The position numbers and the translations under genes were made by a program. From IMG/VR virus record IMGVR_UViG_3300046171_000308: DNA of 64,000 nucleotides, one strand, 5' to 3'. Origin of the DNA: an uncultured virus (IMG/VR IMGVR_UViG_3300046171_000308) (lineage: Duplodnaviria; Heunggongvirae; Uroviricota; Caudoviricetes). The first letter of the stretch is position 1. Each line of letters begins with the position of its first letter. The notes under the pieces were generated by a model. That model did not search any database and was not told where the DNA came from. It saw nothing but the letters and a program-made list of their open reading frames with translations. Below, in pieces: positions 9,277 through 18,748 of the stretch.

Positions 9277-10581
9277 TCAGCTTAGAATTTTTCTAGCGAG
9301 TATTTCATCTTGGTCTGTAATCTCGTCAGCATATTGACAAAAAACAGTCCACCATTGTAGTATTTCTCCTCTTTTTGGCACTTTAGGTCTTGAAACCTTA
9401 GCCTCTTGAGTAGTTAGAAATACATTATACCATTTATTTAAGAATTGGTCTTCATCGTCGTCATACGGAGAGTATTCAAACGTAAGGTTAAAATTGCTGA
9501 AATAAGGAGGCTCTGTTTCTTGTCTAGTAGTTCTAGACCCAGAGTCTGGTAGTTCACTGTTCGGCCCAATAAGTGCATGGCTAAACGTGACATAATTGTA
9601 GCGTATGTGCCCCCAACTGTAGTAAATACAAACATATTGGCGACCTAAATCATCTACTCCTACTCCAGCTCTGTCAGCATCTTTGTATCGGTTAACAACC
9701 GCTTCACCCCATGGTCTATAGGGCAAAGTTCCGCTGACGCGCTCTTGGATAGAGGAATCTATCCAAACACTTGCAGAACAATTTCGTCCTTCTTTGGAGA
9801 TATTTCCATCTTCATGGAGACCCAAAGTATAGAACTTGTTAGTTTCTGGGGTATAAGCCCAATAAAGGGCACCTCCAGAGTCTTTTGCTCTGCCTGCTTT
9901 GTTAAGCATTTTCTTAAAATCATTCCAAGGCATAGTGGCCTCGAAAACTGGTTTAATTCTATTAGCAGAGTCTATACCGAAAAACGGTATAGTTGTGGTC
10001 TCATTGTACCTATCCTGCCACCCATGAACATGGGAATTTTTACTCCACTGGTATTGAATTTCTATTCCTCCAGTGGCTCTTCTTCTGAAGCCTAAACTAC
10101 TGTGATTTCCACGGTTGTTATAGCCCCATTGTCTTCTTCGCATAGCCATGACTCCATACTTTTCATGCATTTCGTCATCATCTGTCGAACTAAGTAGCAA
10201 GCCCATATCTCCTAAAGATAATGTAGCATGCCTATTGTTTGCAGGAGGGCGATAGTCTCCAGGGCTAAAACTAATTTGACTATTTATGATATGTCGACTA
10301 TTGGTCCTGTAAATAGGCGAGTCGAATACTATTTCTGCGGTTCCTTTATCGCGGAGGTTGTTGAAGGTAATTATTGTACCTTCAGGTCCGGATTCTACGC
10401 ATAAGTCATATTCTTCATTAATATGACTATCATAATTAGGCCCTGTCTGTCGACTAGGCTCAGTAATAGTTAGTCCTGCTAATAGCGCTATCTGAGAAAA
10501 AGTAACAGGAAGTCGCTCAAAATCAATATAAATCGGGCAACATCCTATCTCCTGAGCAACCTCTGTAAATTTGTTACTCAT
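9277..10581 (-). CDS. Hypothetical protein
   Basis: 434-aa ORF. Confidence 0.8.
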   Translation of the reverse strand: MSNKFTEVAQEIGCCPIYIDFERLPVTFSQIALLAGLTITEPSRQTGPNYDSHINEEYDLCVESGPEGTIITFNNLRDKGTAEIVFDSPIYRTNSRHIINSQISFSPGDYRPPANNRHATLSLGDMGLLLSSTDDDEMHEKYGVMAMRRRQWGYNNRGNHSSLGFRRRATGGIEIQYQWSKNSHVHGWQDRYNETTTIPFFGIDSANRIKPVFEATMPWNDFKKMLNKAGRAKDSGGALYWAYTPETNKFYTLGLHEDGNISKEGRNCSASVWIDSSIQERVSGTLPYRPWGEAVVNRYKDADRAGVGVDDLGRQYVCIYYSWGHIRYNYVTFSHALIGPNSELPDSGSRTTRQETEPPYFSNFNLTFEYSPYDDDEDQFLNKWYNVFLTTQEAKVSRPKVPKRGEILQWWTVFCQYADEITDQDEILARKILS

Positions 10582-10766
10582 TTCTTTTTCCTCCTTGCAT
10601 TAGCTCTCTCTTGCTTGTGCTTCTTAGCCATTTCGGCTAGTTCTTTTGGTTGAACTCCGTTAATCATGTTAACGAGAGTTTCCAATGTGTCTGCTATTCT
10701 TTTGGTCTCTTTGACTAAGTCTTCAGAGGCCAATAGCAATTTCTCTTGCAATTCTTCAAGTTTCAC
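10578..10766 (-). CDS. Small basic coiled-coil protein
   Basis: 62-aa ORF, GATAAGTG start. Confidence 0.6.
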   Translation of the reverse strand: MKLEELQEKLLLASEDLVKETKRIADTLETLVNMINGVQPKELAEMAKKHKQERANARRKKK

Positions 10767-10776
10767 TTATCGAGCC

Positions 10777-11124
10777 TTAGCTCGTTTTTTTGTTAATTTC
10801 ATAGCCGCTATCCTTCAAGAAATCCCATACCTGTCGATATGTTCTTCCTACTTTGTTGGCTATCCAGGACACTTGGTGTCCATTTTTGTTATGTATAATT
10901 ACCGCTTGTCCTTCCGGAGTGTCTAGCATTATTCTTCGACGATTCTTTCGTCTCTTTTTCGGAGCTTCAGTAATTACTGGCTCCTCTTTGACTTCAGTGA
11001 TTTCTTTCACTGGTTCTATTTGCTTCTGCTCAATCGCAGGAGCATTTATTGAGGGTAACATACCGAAAATCTCTTGGAAATCGGTAACTTCCCCTTCTAT
11101 GGTTATTTCAATTTTAACTACCAT
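10777..11124 (-). CDS. HTH DNA-binding protein
   Basis: C-terminal HTH-like GHQVSWIANKVGRTYRQVWDFLK. Confidence 0.65.
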   Translation of the reverse strand: MVVKIEITIEGEVTDFQEIFGMLPSINAPAIEQKQIEPVKEITEVKEEPVITEAPKKRRKNRRRIMLDTPEGQAVIIHNKNGHQVSWIANKVGRTYRQVWDFLKDSGYEINKKTS

Positions 11125-11139
11125 GTTGTTCTTATTGGC

Positions 11140-11478
11140 TTACACCATTTCAGAGCTAGTGCAGATATAACATCCTGCAGGTAGCTCTTCGTGGTATAAT
11201 CCAGGTGCCTCATTTTTTGTTCCATAAAGTGGGTGTTCCTTAGAATTAATCGACTGATTATTCAGTGTTGTCCATTTTATTCTCTCCGCCCCTGCACGGG
11301 AAGGAGACCAAATAAGGTCTAGTGAGTATGTATCTTCTCCTAAGCCGGTAGTACAGGTCATAGAATCAAATCTAGTACCTTGTACGTCTTCTATAGAAAG
11401 TGTAACTACACAGCCCTCTTCTGGTATGTCCATATCTAAATGGTTACCTTTGAAGAAGACTTCAGCGTATTCACTCAA
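11140..11478 (-). CDS. Hypothetical protein
   Basis: 112-aa co-oriented ORF. Confidence 0.65.
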   Translation of the reverse strand: MSEYAEVFFKGNHLDMDIPEEGCVVTLSIEDVQGTRFDSMTCTTGLGEDTYSLDLIWSPSRAGAERIKWTTLNNQSINSKEHPLYGTKNEAPGLYHEELPAGCYICTSSEMV

Positions 11479-12853
11479 TTCTATTCAGCTCTGGTAAGTT
11501 CCCTGCTTTTGTGACGTTGTGTACCATAAGTAAACAATCGTCTTCATAGGGATTGCATGTAAATAATCCAGGGCTCTGGGTATCATACATGTTGAAATAC
11601 ATTTTGACACATGTCAAATACTCTGGGCTGAGTAGAAGTCGCGTTTTGGCTAGTTCTGAAGGGGGTATACCCTCCTCTACTAGGTGTGCTTCTATCAGCT
11701 TAGATGCGAGTATAAACTGTGATTGGTCAGCGAGTTTTAATCGTAGATTCTTCGGAAGCCACTGATTAAATTTCTGTGCTGCACCAAACGTAGGCTTTCT
11801 TTCAGTTACTGTTTCGATTGCTGTTGGCAAATCTTCTAGTGAAACTGGTCGTGCATCGCGCACGTCAACCTTGTTAGTTTTCTTAGCTTTACTCTTTTTC
11901 TTTTCTTTTTTCCTTTTCAGGCGCTTGCTGTAATTTACAGCGTCTTGGGATTTATCTTTCTTTTTAGATTTAGATATAACCCTTTTAGGGTTTAGAGCAG
12001 CTATGTATTCGTCTAGCGAGATACTCTTTGCTCTAGCACTAGCGTAGTGTAAATGGATAGGGTTGTCCAAAATCCTCTTGATTTCTGGGCCTTTCCATTT
12101 CTTATTTTTGATTCGCTGTGTGCTTGTTTTCTTTTTCGTAGCTTTCTTTGCAACTTCGTGGTATGAAGTTCTAACTACGTCTGCCATCCATTGAGCTATG
12201 ATTTGCTGCTCTTTCTCGTCAGGGTAAATAAGTCCGTTAACATCTGTTCTCCATCCAAATGGAGTATTGAGTTTGCTATATTTACGCCTTAGTTTAGTAA
12301 GAGTAGCCGTTTCGACAATATTTTTGTTCATAGACTTTGTATCGTCGTCCCAAGCTTTGGTTGGCTTTGGTTTTGGTTTTGGTTTAGCCTTCTCTGGCTT
12401 AGCCGGGCGTGTAAATTTATTCAGGTTTGAATGGAATGGTTGTTCTATCGTTCTCAATACTTGATTACGACTCCATAGTCCTCCTTTCTTACCTCTTATG
12501 CCCTTCTTGTTTAATTTATCAGCAATTTTTGCTGGTTTTGTACCAGCATCTGCTAATCGTTTCATCTTTGCAATTACATCTTGCTCTTCCCAATTAGGTA
12601 CAAATAATCCGTCTTTTTCGTTCCATCCATATAAGGCACTAGTCCATACTTGCATGTTCTTCTTTTTCTCGGTCATTGCTTCCTTGGTTTTCTTTGCAAG
12701 CTTTGCATGATGTTCTTGAACAGTTTCTCGTTCCTGTTCTTTATTAGTAACTTGTGTTACTGCTTGACCCTCAATAAGGTGTCCAAACAGAGTCTTAACG
12801 ACTTCTTTGAACTCTTCTGGGGTTTCTGCTTCAATCTTTACTTCAATTGTCAC
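11471..12853 (-). CDS. Basic protein with two serine-recombinase 'Recombinase' DNA-binding domains and no catalytic domain
   Basis: Two units: LYGW..LFVPNWEEQDVI...IADKLNKKGI..KGGLWSRNQVLRTI and PFGW..LIYPDEKEQQII...KWKGPEIKRILDNPIH. Confidence 0.7.
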   Translation of the reverse strand: MTIEVKIEAETPEEFKEVVKTLFGHLIEGQAVTQVTNKEQERETVQEHHAKLAKKTKEAMTEKKKNMQVWTSALYGWNEKDGLFVPNWEEQDVIAKMKRLADAGTKPAKIADKLNKKGIRGKKGGLWSRNQVLRTIEQPFHSNLNKFTRPAKPEKAKPKPKPKPTKAWDDDTKSMNKNIVETATLTKLRRKYSKLNTPFGWRTDVNGLIYPDEKEQQIIAQWMADVVRTSYHEVAKKATKKKTSTQRIKNKKWKGPEIKRILDNPIHLHYASARAKSISLDEYIAALNPKRVISKSKKKDKSQDAVNYSKRLKRKKEKKKSKAKKTNKVDVRDARPVSLEDLPTAIETVTERKPTFGAAQKFNQWLPKNLRLKLADQSQFILASKLIEAHLVEEGIPPSELAKTRLLLSPEYLTCVKMYFNMYDTQSPGLFTCNPYEDDCLLMVHNVTKAGNLPELNRIE

Positions 12854-12862
12854 TTATCCGCA

Positions 12863-13579
12863 TCACATATATGATGGGTCGAAATATTCTTTCTTTTTCT
12901 TTTCTACCCTATTTTCTAGGCTTCTCATCTTCTCGAGGTCTTCCTCGGAATCGACGATAACGCCACCAAGAGTATGCAAAGTTATGATATTAACTTTAAC
13001 AGCAGTTGCTGCTTCTTTAGGATAGCCCGAGCGTTCTAGGAACTCTGCGAAGCTAATTATCGAAGCTTGTACTGTAAAATCAATGAAAGTCTGCATATCT
13101 TTCTTCAAGGTATCTAACTCATGATTGACGGTTGAAAATATATCTTTATGCTTGGTTTCTCGTTGTCGCTGTCTTAGCAGCCTAGCACGATACCAAAAGA
13201 TACATTCTATCATCAATGTTTGTTCTATACGTTCTTCACCAGGTTTAAACTCCCGGTCTTCGAACTTTTGTTTCAATTCTTTGTGGTCTCCATCGACACT
13301 TGTCAATGCTCCCACAACCTTTATCCCTTCTTGAAATAGCTTATCAAAGCCCTCAACAACGGATTTGTCTATCGTGCCTTCTATGTTATTTCTAACTACT
13401 AGGTGCGGGACTCTACTCCCTGCTGGCACTTGATAAAATCGCTTCCTATCTTCACTAGGAATCGACTCATCTGGTTTTATTCCCTCTTTCAAGAGGGATT
13501 CGTAATAACCCAAAATACCTAAACAGTCTTCGTGTTTTAGTATTTCTAGGTCTCGGTCAATTAGTCTCCATACCGACAT
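12863..13579 (-). CDS. Hypothetical protein
   Basis: ORF track 12863..13591; GATAAGATG start. Confidence 0.75.
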   Translation of the reverse strand: MSVWRLIDRDLEILKHEDCLGILGYYESLLKEGIKPDESIPSEDRKRFYQVPAGSRVPHLVVRNNIEGTIDKSVVEGFDKLFQEGIKVVGALTSVDGDHKELKQKFEDREFKPGEERIEQTLMIECIFWYRARLLRQRQRETKHKDIFSTVNHELDTLKKDMQTFIDFTVQASIISFAEFLERSGYPKEAATAVKVNIITLHTLGGVIVDSEEDLEKMRSLENRVEKKKKEYFDPSYM

Positions 13580-13583
13580 CTTA

Positions 13584-13907
13584 TCATGCACTTTCTAAGT
13601 CAACTATAGTATCATATTTTGCTTCTGCCCCAAATCTATGTAAGGCCTTAATTAAAACTGTGATACTTGACTGTGTTATATGCATATCTTGTATACTGGT
13701 TAGCGCTGTTCTTACTATCTTTTCATCTGCTTGCTTATCAGCAGCCGACATTTTCGACAGTAAGCGCTCTCCATTTTTGACAAACAACGGTAAAGAACTG
13801 AGTTCCTTTATTGCTTGTCTTTTAGCTAAACTAACTTCACGTTCCGTAAGCACTAACTTATCGGATAAGAAAGTAGTTGATGTACTTTGCTGTTTTTTGC
13901 TACTCAT
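13584..13907 (-). CDS. Hypothetical protein
   Basis: 107-aa ORF with GGAGAGGAG SD-like element. Confidence 0.7.
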   Translation of the reverse strand: MSSKKQQSTSTTFLSDKLVLTEREVSLAKRQAIKELSSLPLFVKNGERLLSKMSAADKQADEKIVRTALTSIQDMHITQSSITVLIKALHRFGAEAKYDTIVDLESA

Positions 13908-13910
13908 TGA

Positions 13911-14168
13911 TTACTCCTCCTCTCCAAGTGGTATGGATTTGTGGTCAATATGAGTCCATAAAACTGCTACACCGTTTCTAGCTCTTTTTAGTTCTCGAGT
14001 AACTCCGGCTTGAAAGAACCTTTTATCGGTCTTCAACAAGCCTGTTACTACATTTGTATTAGGGACCCATTTAGTAGGCCACTTATCTACAATTTGTGTT
14101 GCTGTTAAGGGCTTATTAGAGCCCAGTAAAATAGCAGCAATACGGTTTCTCTTAGAAACCCCGCCCAT
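13911..14168 (-). CDS. Small winged-helix-like protein
   Basis: PLTATQIVD...PNTNVVTGLLKTDKRF pattern; similar architecture in 29904..30224 and 43924..44220. Confidence 0.5.
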   Translation of the reverse strand: MGGVSKRNRIAAILLGSNKPLTATQIVDKWPTKWVPNTNVVTGLLKTDKRFFQAGVTRELKRARNGVAVLWTHIDHKSIPLGEEE

Positions 14169-14170
14169 AA

Positions 14171-14563
14171 TTAGGCCTCTGGTTTCTTAATTGATTTAGT
14201 GTCAACAGGAGGGTGAATCGGCCTGAGTGTAACTGAATCCTTCATTGGTGCTTCTTCGCACAATGAATTCCATTCTTTCTCTGCATTTTCCGCAGTCCGT
14301 TCTCCTTCAGGAAGGAGCTTACAGATGTGATTTTTAATCTCATCAATACTAGGCTTTTTAGTCCTAATCCTGTCCACATTTATCGAAGCTTCATAATGTC
14401 TACCGGCATAACTAATTTGTATTTTACCGTGTATTTTCAGCTCCTTAGCAGCTTTTAAAATTTTATCTTGCTGCCTCTTTACTCGTCCTTCAACAAGTTT
14501 CAGTTCTTCCTTGGCTTCTGCGAGCCAAGCTAAATCTTCTTTAATTTTGTCTAAAGAGTTCAC
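14171..14563 (-). CDS. Hypothetical protein with N-terminal coiled coil
   Basis: 130-aa ORF, TATAAGTG start. Confidence 0.7.
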   Translation of the reverse strand: MNSLDKIKEDLAWLAEAKEELKLVEGRVKRQQDKILKAAKELKIHGKIQISYAGRHYEASINVDRIRTKKPSIDEIKNHICKLLPEGERTAENAEKEWNSLCEEAPMKDSVTLRPIHPPVDTKSIKKPEA

Positions 14564-14572
14564 TTATAATAT

Positions 14573-14599
14573 AAAAAAATCCAGCAGTAACGCTGGATT
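14573..14599 (-). terminator. Hairpin plus U-tract terminator after the AAA gene
   Basis: Minus strand AATCCAGC-GTTACT-GCTGGATT followed by TTTTT. Confidence 0.7.
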
Positions 14600-14651
14600 C
14601 TGTGCCCATAGGGCTTTACACTTATGGGGAGTTTCCTCCCCGGGTTATGCT

Positions 14652-16544
14652 TCAAGCACGACCTGCTATTCCAACCTCACCGTAGTCGACCTCTTCAGCC
14701 TCCTCATCAGTTTCGGTGTTGGCGGGTAAGAACCCGCGGTTTAGACAGTTGTCGCGTATTAGGTCTAGCTCCTTTTGGGGAGTAGAGTTCATTGAGTTTC
14801 TGTTGATAGCCTCTATAAAATCGTCAAGTCCTGGCTCTGCTTGTCCTTTCGAACGTTCGAACGCAAGTCTGAATGCACCTTTAACTGCATTCTCGATTTG
14901 TCGACCATTAGCGCCGTCAGTATACTTTAGAAGTTTTTCTAACGGATAATCGTCAGGATTCCGGGGAATCTCTTTATCACCATCGAAATACGTAAATCTA
15001 CGAATACAAATCTTGAGAATCTCAAGTTGCTCTTCCGATGTAGGGTATCCAAACATAAATCTTGCACTTGCTCGGTCGATGAACTCTGGTGGGAGTAATT
15101 CGACACGGTTAGCAGTAAATGCATACATAATGTTAGACTCGTTTTCTTGAATGTCTGTCAACAGCTGTGATAGAATAGAGGTTGTAGAACCCCCATCTCT
15201 GTCAGCCGAGACGTTCTGTACTAGCTTTTCGACCTCGTCAATCCAGATGATTCCATCCATGGACGCTGCTAGGTCTGTAGCTGTCTTAAGCATCTTTGGC
15301 CCTTCACCGACATACTTCTTTCGAAGGTCGGTCGCACCTAGTCTAATCAAAGGTCTAGAAGTGCGATTGGCCAATACTTTTGTCCCGAGGGATTTACCGG
15401 TACCTGGTGGTCCGGCAAAAATAACCATACGGCTACCGGTTAAACCATAACCTATAGCTTCGGGAGTAGAACTTGCAACTTCTATATCCATAAATTCCTG
15501 GAATCGTTGCAGTCCACCAATTTGTTCATTGGGTTTGGGTGTTATCAAGGTAAGTCCATAATCTTTGATTTGACTTGCCTTTTCTTGTAGTATAACTTCA
15601 GGGATTATTTTACTGTGTTCTGAGACACAGATTAGTAGAGCCGCTTCACCTCTAGCACGTGTCATACCTGCTACGGCACTGGCACATCTTTCGAGTTCTT
15701 GCGGCGAAATTCCTACTATTGGATTCCCTTTGTCATCTTGGTTCATTTTCATCTGCTTAACTTCGACGTAATCTTTGATTATATTACGCCAATAAGTCTT
15801 GTTAGGTCTTTTCCAGTCTAGGGAAAAGGAGACTTCTTTTAAACAATCAGGAGTATCTGTAAAATCTCCTGGAACCAGCAGAATAATTGCAATACCATTA
15901 ACATATATGTTACGGCAGTGCTCAGTATGTTCGCGGATAAATTCGTTAAAGGTCGTGAAATTCAATAGATTTTCAGCACCTCTTACGACATAAATACGTC
16001 CGCGTCCTTGTTTTGCAGAGTCAAAGTCATAAATCGACTTCATCAAAGTTTGGGTAATTGCTTCTGCATTCATTTTAACTCCAAACTTTACTCTCTTAGT
16101 TGCCCCTAATACTTTGTGAGAAGATTTTGGTATATCTTCCAAAAATTCTTCATTACAGTCTACGGGGTCTCCATAGGGCATGACTTTTACTGCGTCATTA
16201 GCCCAATCATAGTCACCATTGCCTTCAACAGGAGTGGTAAATGACATAAATGAGGAGCCATCAGGTCTTGCCGTTCTGTCTCCTTTAACCAAACGATATT
16301 CTTGAGGTGCATTAGTAAAACTAGTTACTATGACCTCTGGTCGTTCTTTTTGCCATTTTGGCCCAAAGTTTCGGGCCGCCTCTGTTATAGCTAACTTTAC
16401 TATTTCATTAGTTGTGTCAACTTGTGCTGGTGTTTTTATTAGCATAGTCGGTTCTGTTGCACCGATTAGCGTTGATATTCTAGCGACTCCGTCGGCATTG
16501 CCGTTTGGGTCACTATATGATTTATAATCTATTTTCTTAGACAT
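14652..16544 (-). CDS. Ycf46-like AAA+ ATPase
   Basis: Walker A GPPGTGKS, Walker B IIWIDEVEK, sensor FTANRVELLPPEF; degenerate N-terminal AAA domain; linked to DUF1257/DUF2997-like genes. Confidence 0.85.
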   Translation of the reverse strand: MSKKIDYKSYSDPNGNADGVARISTLIGATEPTMLIKTPAQVDTTNEIVKLAITEAARNFGPKWQKERPEVIVTSFTNAPQEYRLVKGDRTARPDGSSFMSFTTPVEGNGDYDWANDAVKVMPYGDPVDCNEEFLEDIPKSSHKVLGATKRVKFGVKMNAEAITQTLMKSIYDFDSAKQGRGRIYVVRGAENLLNFTTFNEFIREHTEHCRNIYVNGIAIILLVPGDFTDTPDCLKEVSFSLDWKRPNKTYWRNIIKDYVEVKQMKMNQDDKGNPIVGISPQELERCASAVAGMTRARGEAALLICVSEHSKIIPEVILQEKASQIKDYGLTLITPKPNEQIGGLQRFQEFMDIEVASSTPEAIGYGLTGSRMVIFAGPPGTGKSLGTKVLANRTSRPLIRLGATDLRKKYVGEGPKMLKTATDLAASMDGIIWIDEVEKLVQNVSADRDGGSTTSILSQLLTDIQENESNIMYAFTANRVELLPPEFIDRASARFMFGYPTSEEQLEILKICIRRFTYFDGDKEIPRNPDDYPLEKLLKYTDGANGRQIENAVKGAFRLAFERSKGQAEPGLDDFIEAINRNSMNSTPQKELDLIRDNCLNRGFLPANTETDEEAEEVDYGEVGIAGRA

Positions 16545-16559
16545 ATTTATCACTTGTTC

Positions 16560-17960
16560 TAATTTTTACACTGGTGGAATCGGCAGCATTGGGCGACATG
16601 CGGCTTTCCGGACAGGAAAAGCGTATATCGACCCACCATGCGTGACACGTGCGGTTATACTCATAATAGTCTATCTGAGCCGGGCAGCCTGTGCAGGCCT
16701 CTCGAAGGGGTATGATGGTCCGCCAACTGGGCGGATATGGTATCCATACGACTTCGGTCTGGTTCAAAATTATGAGAGCCATCTCAATTGTGGTAACCTG
16801 GTGTGGTTTCCGGAGGAGATGTTACTCGTGTTTATGATACTACTAAAGTTGCAAACTTTATGCAACATTAATTTAGTATTAATCAGACTTCTCGTCTGGC
16901 TCCATAAACATCACAGATGATGTACATGACTTGTGTCATTATAGTAATCCCTACAAATAATAGCTAAATTCTAGTCCCGGAGTAGTCTCCGGAAATATTC
17001 TTCTCGAGTCGTGAGAAAAAACAGTGGAATCTTCAGTTGGAGTAGGTTGACTAGTTAGTTGATTAATGTGTAACTTTAATTTAAGTTACTAGTTAAGTAT
17101 ACTTTAGAAAAACTTTATCCGTTAAAGATTGTTTTTAATTTAAACATCAACCATCTTAAGTGGTTAAGGTCTCTATTTTAGTAGGAATATGATTGGAGTT
17201 CAACTCCTTTAGTTCCACTGCGCAATGCATTGCAACTTTAGTCGTTGTCGACGTGACACTTTTCAGTGACGATGTCAGTTTGTTCTCCATGGTACAAATT
17301 CTGTGTCCAACGAGTTATTAGTTTTGCCTAATAACACGTGTCTTTCCGTGATATCAATTAATTTTGGTCCAGTTCAGGTCCCTGAAGACTGCTAAGAATG
17401 GATGGTTCATCCGAAGCATTCGCAATCTTTTGTGGGATTCACACTCACTAGTGTGCGTCCTGATGACCCATTCACGTAGTTACCCTAATGTGACATGTGT
17501 CAAATTAGGATATTTGTTGTTTAGTACGATGCCTCACCCAGGGATAAGCTTCAACTCGGCTACCTTCTGAGTAGTAAATCAGTAGGTGCTGAATCTAGTC
17601 TCATCTCTAAACGATGTACTGCGAGCCTTTCTGGTCTCTTTTCGCAATATTACTTGCAAGTAGTCCAAGCTATACGTAGCTTGAAACATCTAAGTCTAGA
17701 GCTCTGCAGCTAAGGCAGTTCTTTTTCCAGGGTCCCTAGGAAGAGCGCTTAACGCGTCCTCCAGCACCTGGTAAGGGTTACCTTCTATGTTTACTTCATA
17801 TGTTTCAGGCTTGCGCCTGAAGACATGTGTGCGTATCGTGATGTTTGGTCGTATTAATCGTAATGTGTCGTATTAATTTTCAATCACATGTTACAGGCGC
17901 AAGCCTGAAACATATTTCCTTTTCATTGGGGTTTTACTCCCTCAAGGGTATATTTACCGT
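16560..17960 (-). ncRNA. Putative large structured non-coding RNA (about 1.4 kb)
   Basis: No credible ORF; more than 20 short stem-loops and long-range helices (CAGTGGAA 17022 / TTCCACTG 17213). Strand inferred from operon orientation. Confidence 0.6.
17798..17915. repeat. 22-bp perfect inverted repeat enclosing two GTCGTATTAAT direct repeats
   Basis: ATATGTTTCAGGCTTGCGCCTG 17798-17819 / CAGGCGCAAGCCTGAAACATAT 17894-17915. Confidence 0.95.
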
Positions 17961-17973
17961 TCCTTATAGGTAA

Positions 17974-18192
17974 TTAATCACCTAGCTCTTGTGTATAAGC
18001 CTGTTTAGGCTCTGCTTGAGCTACGTTATAGTTACCATGTCTGACCGTTTCGATAGTTTCAAACTGAAAATTGCTCGGAAGGTTGTCTAGAATCTTGTTA
18101 ATAGCTTCTTGACAAGTTTTGCCCTTAAATCCTGCAACAGCTTCTACTTCAAACGTGCCGTCTTCTCCGATAATAATTTTTATGGTACCCAT
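17974..18192 (-). CDS. DUF2997-family protein
   Basis: IKIIIGEDGTFEVEAVAGFKGKTCQEA matches the family pattern; context with DUF1257 and Ycf46. Confidence 0.75.
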   Translation of the reverse strand: MGTIKIIIGEDGTFEVEAVAGFKGKTCQEAINKILDNLPSNFQFETIETVRHGNYNVAQAEPKQAYTQELGD

Positions 18193-18729
18193 TTAGAATC
18201 CTCCTAAAGAGCCACCAAGCTTATTCTTATCTTTCTTTTCATTCAGGCCGAGTGAACCAGTTTGTAGTGTCACTTCAAATTGGCCTGTTTTGTTATCTTT
18301 AGATACTCTCTTAATACCCATACTTGCCATACCTCGGGCAATAGCAGCTTTTTCCAAAGCTTTTGCCGTAACCATAGCATTTAGGTTCTTTTCGAAGGTA
18401 TTTCGGTCTGAACGTCCTTCAAAAGTATCTTTGAGTTGTTGATTTCCTCTAACAACATAGCTGTCCCATGCAAGTTGAACTTGGCCGCCTTCGTCTACAT
18501 AGACTCCGACATCCGAGTTGGACCCGTGGAACCGTATTTTAATATCAGCAAACCGAGAGTCCGCTGAGATATGGTCTTGGCTTTGTAGCCTGAGACCTTT
18601 ACTTCCTTTTTCTTTTATTGTGACGTTGCCAGCTTCGCCTACCAGTTCGGTAACAGCTTCGCCAAGCAAGTCAAATTGGTCTTCATCAATAGTAAGACCT
18701 TTAATTGCCATCTTTTGTGTTGTTGACAT
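18193..18729 (-). CDS. DUF1257 (Ycf35-like) family protein
   Basis: DVGVYVDEGGQVQLAWDSY motif; gene context. Confidence 0.7.
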   Translation of the reverse strand: MSTTQKMAIKGLTIDEDQFDLLGEAVTELVGEAGNVTIKEKGSKGLRLQSQDHISADSRFADIKIRFHGSNSDVGVYVDEGGQVQLAWDSYVVRGNQQLKDTFEGRSDRNTFEKNLNAMVTAKALEKAAIARGMASMGIKRVSKDNKTGQFEVTLQTGSLGLNEKKDKNKLGGSLGGF

Positions 18730-18748
18730 ATTTTTCTAATACACTAAT

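Noticed and set aside
14585..14645. Minus-strand GAGGAAACTCC...ACAGAA resembling RNase P RNA conserved regions
   Set aside because: Only about 50 nt; explained by a GGGGAG-GAAA-CTCCCC tetraloop hairpin followed by a terminator
16537..17570. Short ORFs 16537..16782, 16642..16920 and 17364..17570 (also 19442..19648)
   Set aside because: Atypical composition, no leader signals, and they overlap dense hairpins; probably spurious
17848..17882. Minus-strand ATTAATACGAC resembling the T7 promoter
   Set aside because: The match stops before TCACTATAG, and no single-subunit RNAP or vector sequence is present
16560..17960. Group I/II intron or hammerhead ribozyme
   Set aside because: It lies between intact genes. 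I found no convincing P7 R/S pair or domain V, and CTGATGA (17460, and 27903 on the minus strand) lacks a properly placed GAAA core. Not formally excluded without cmscan.
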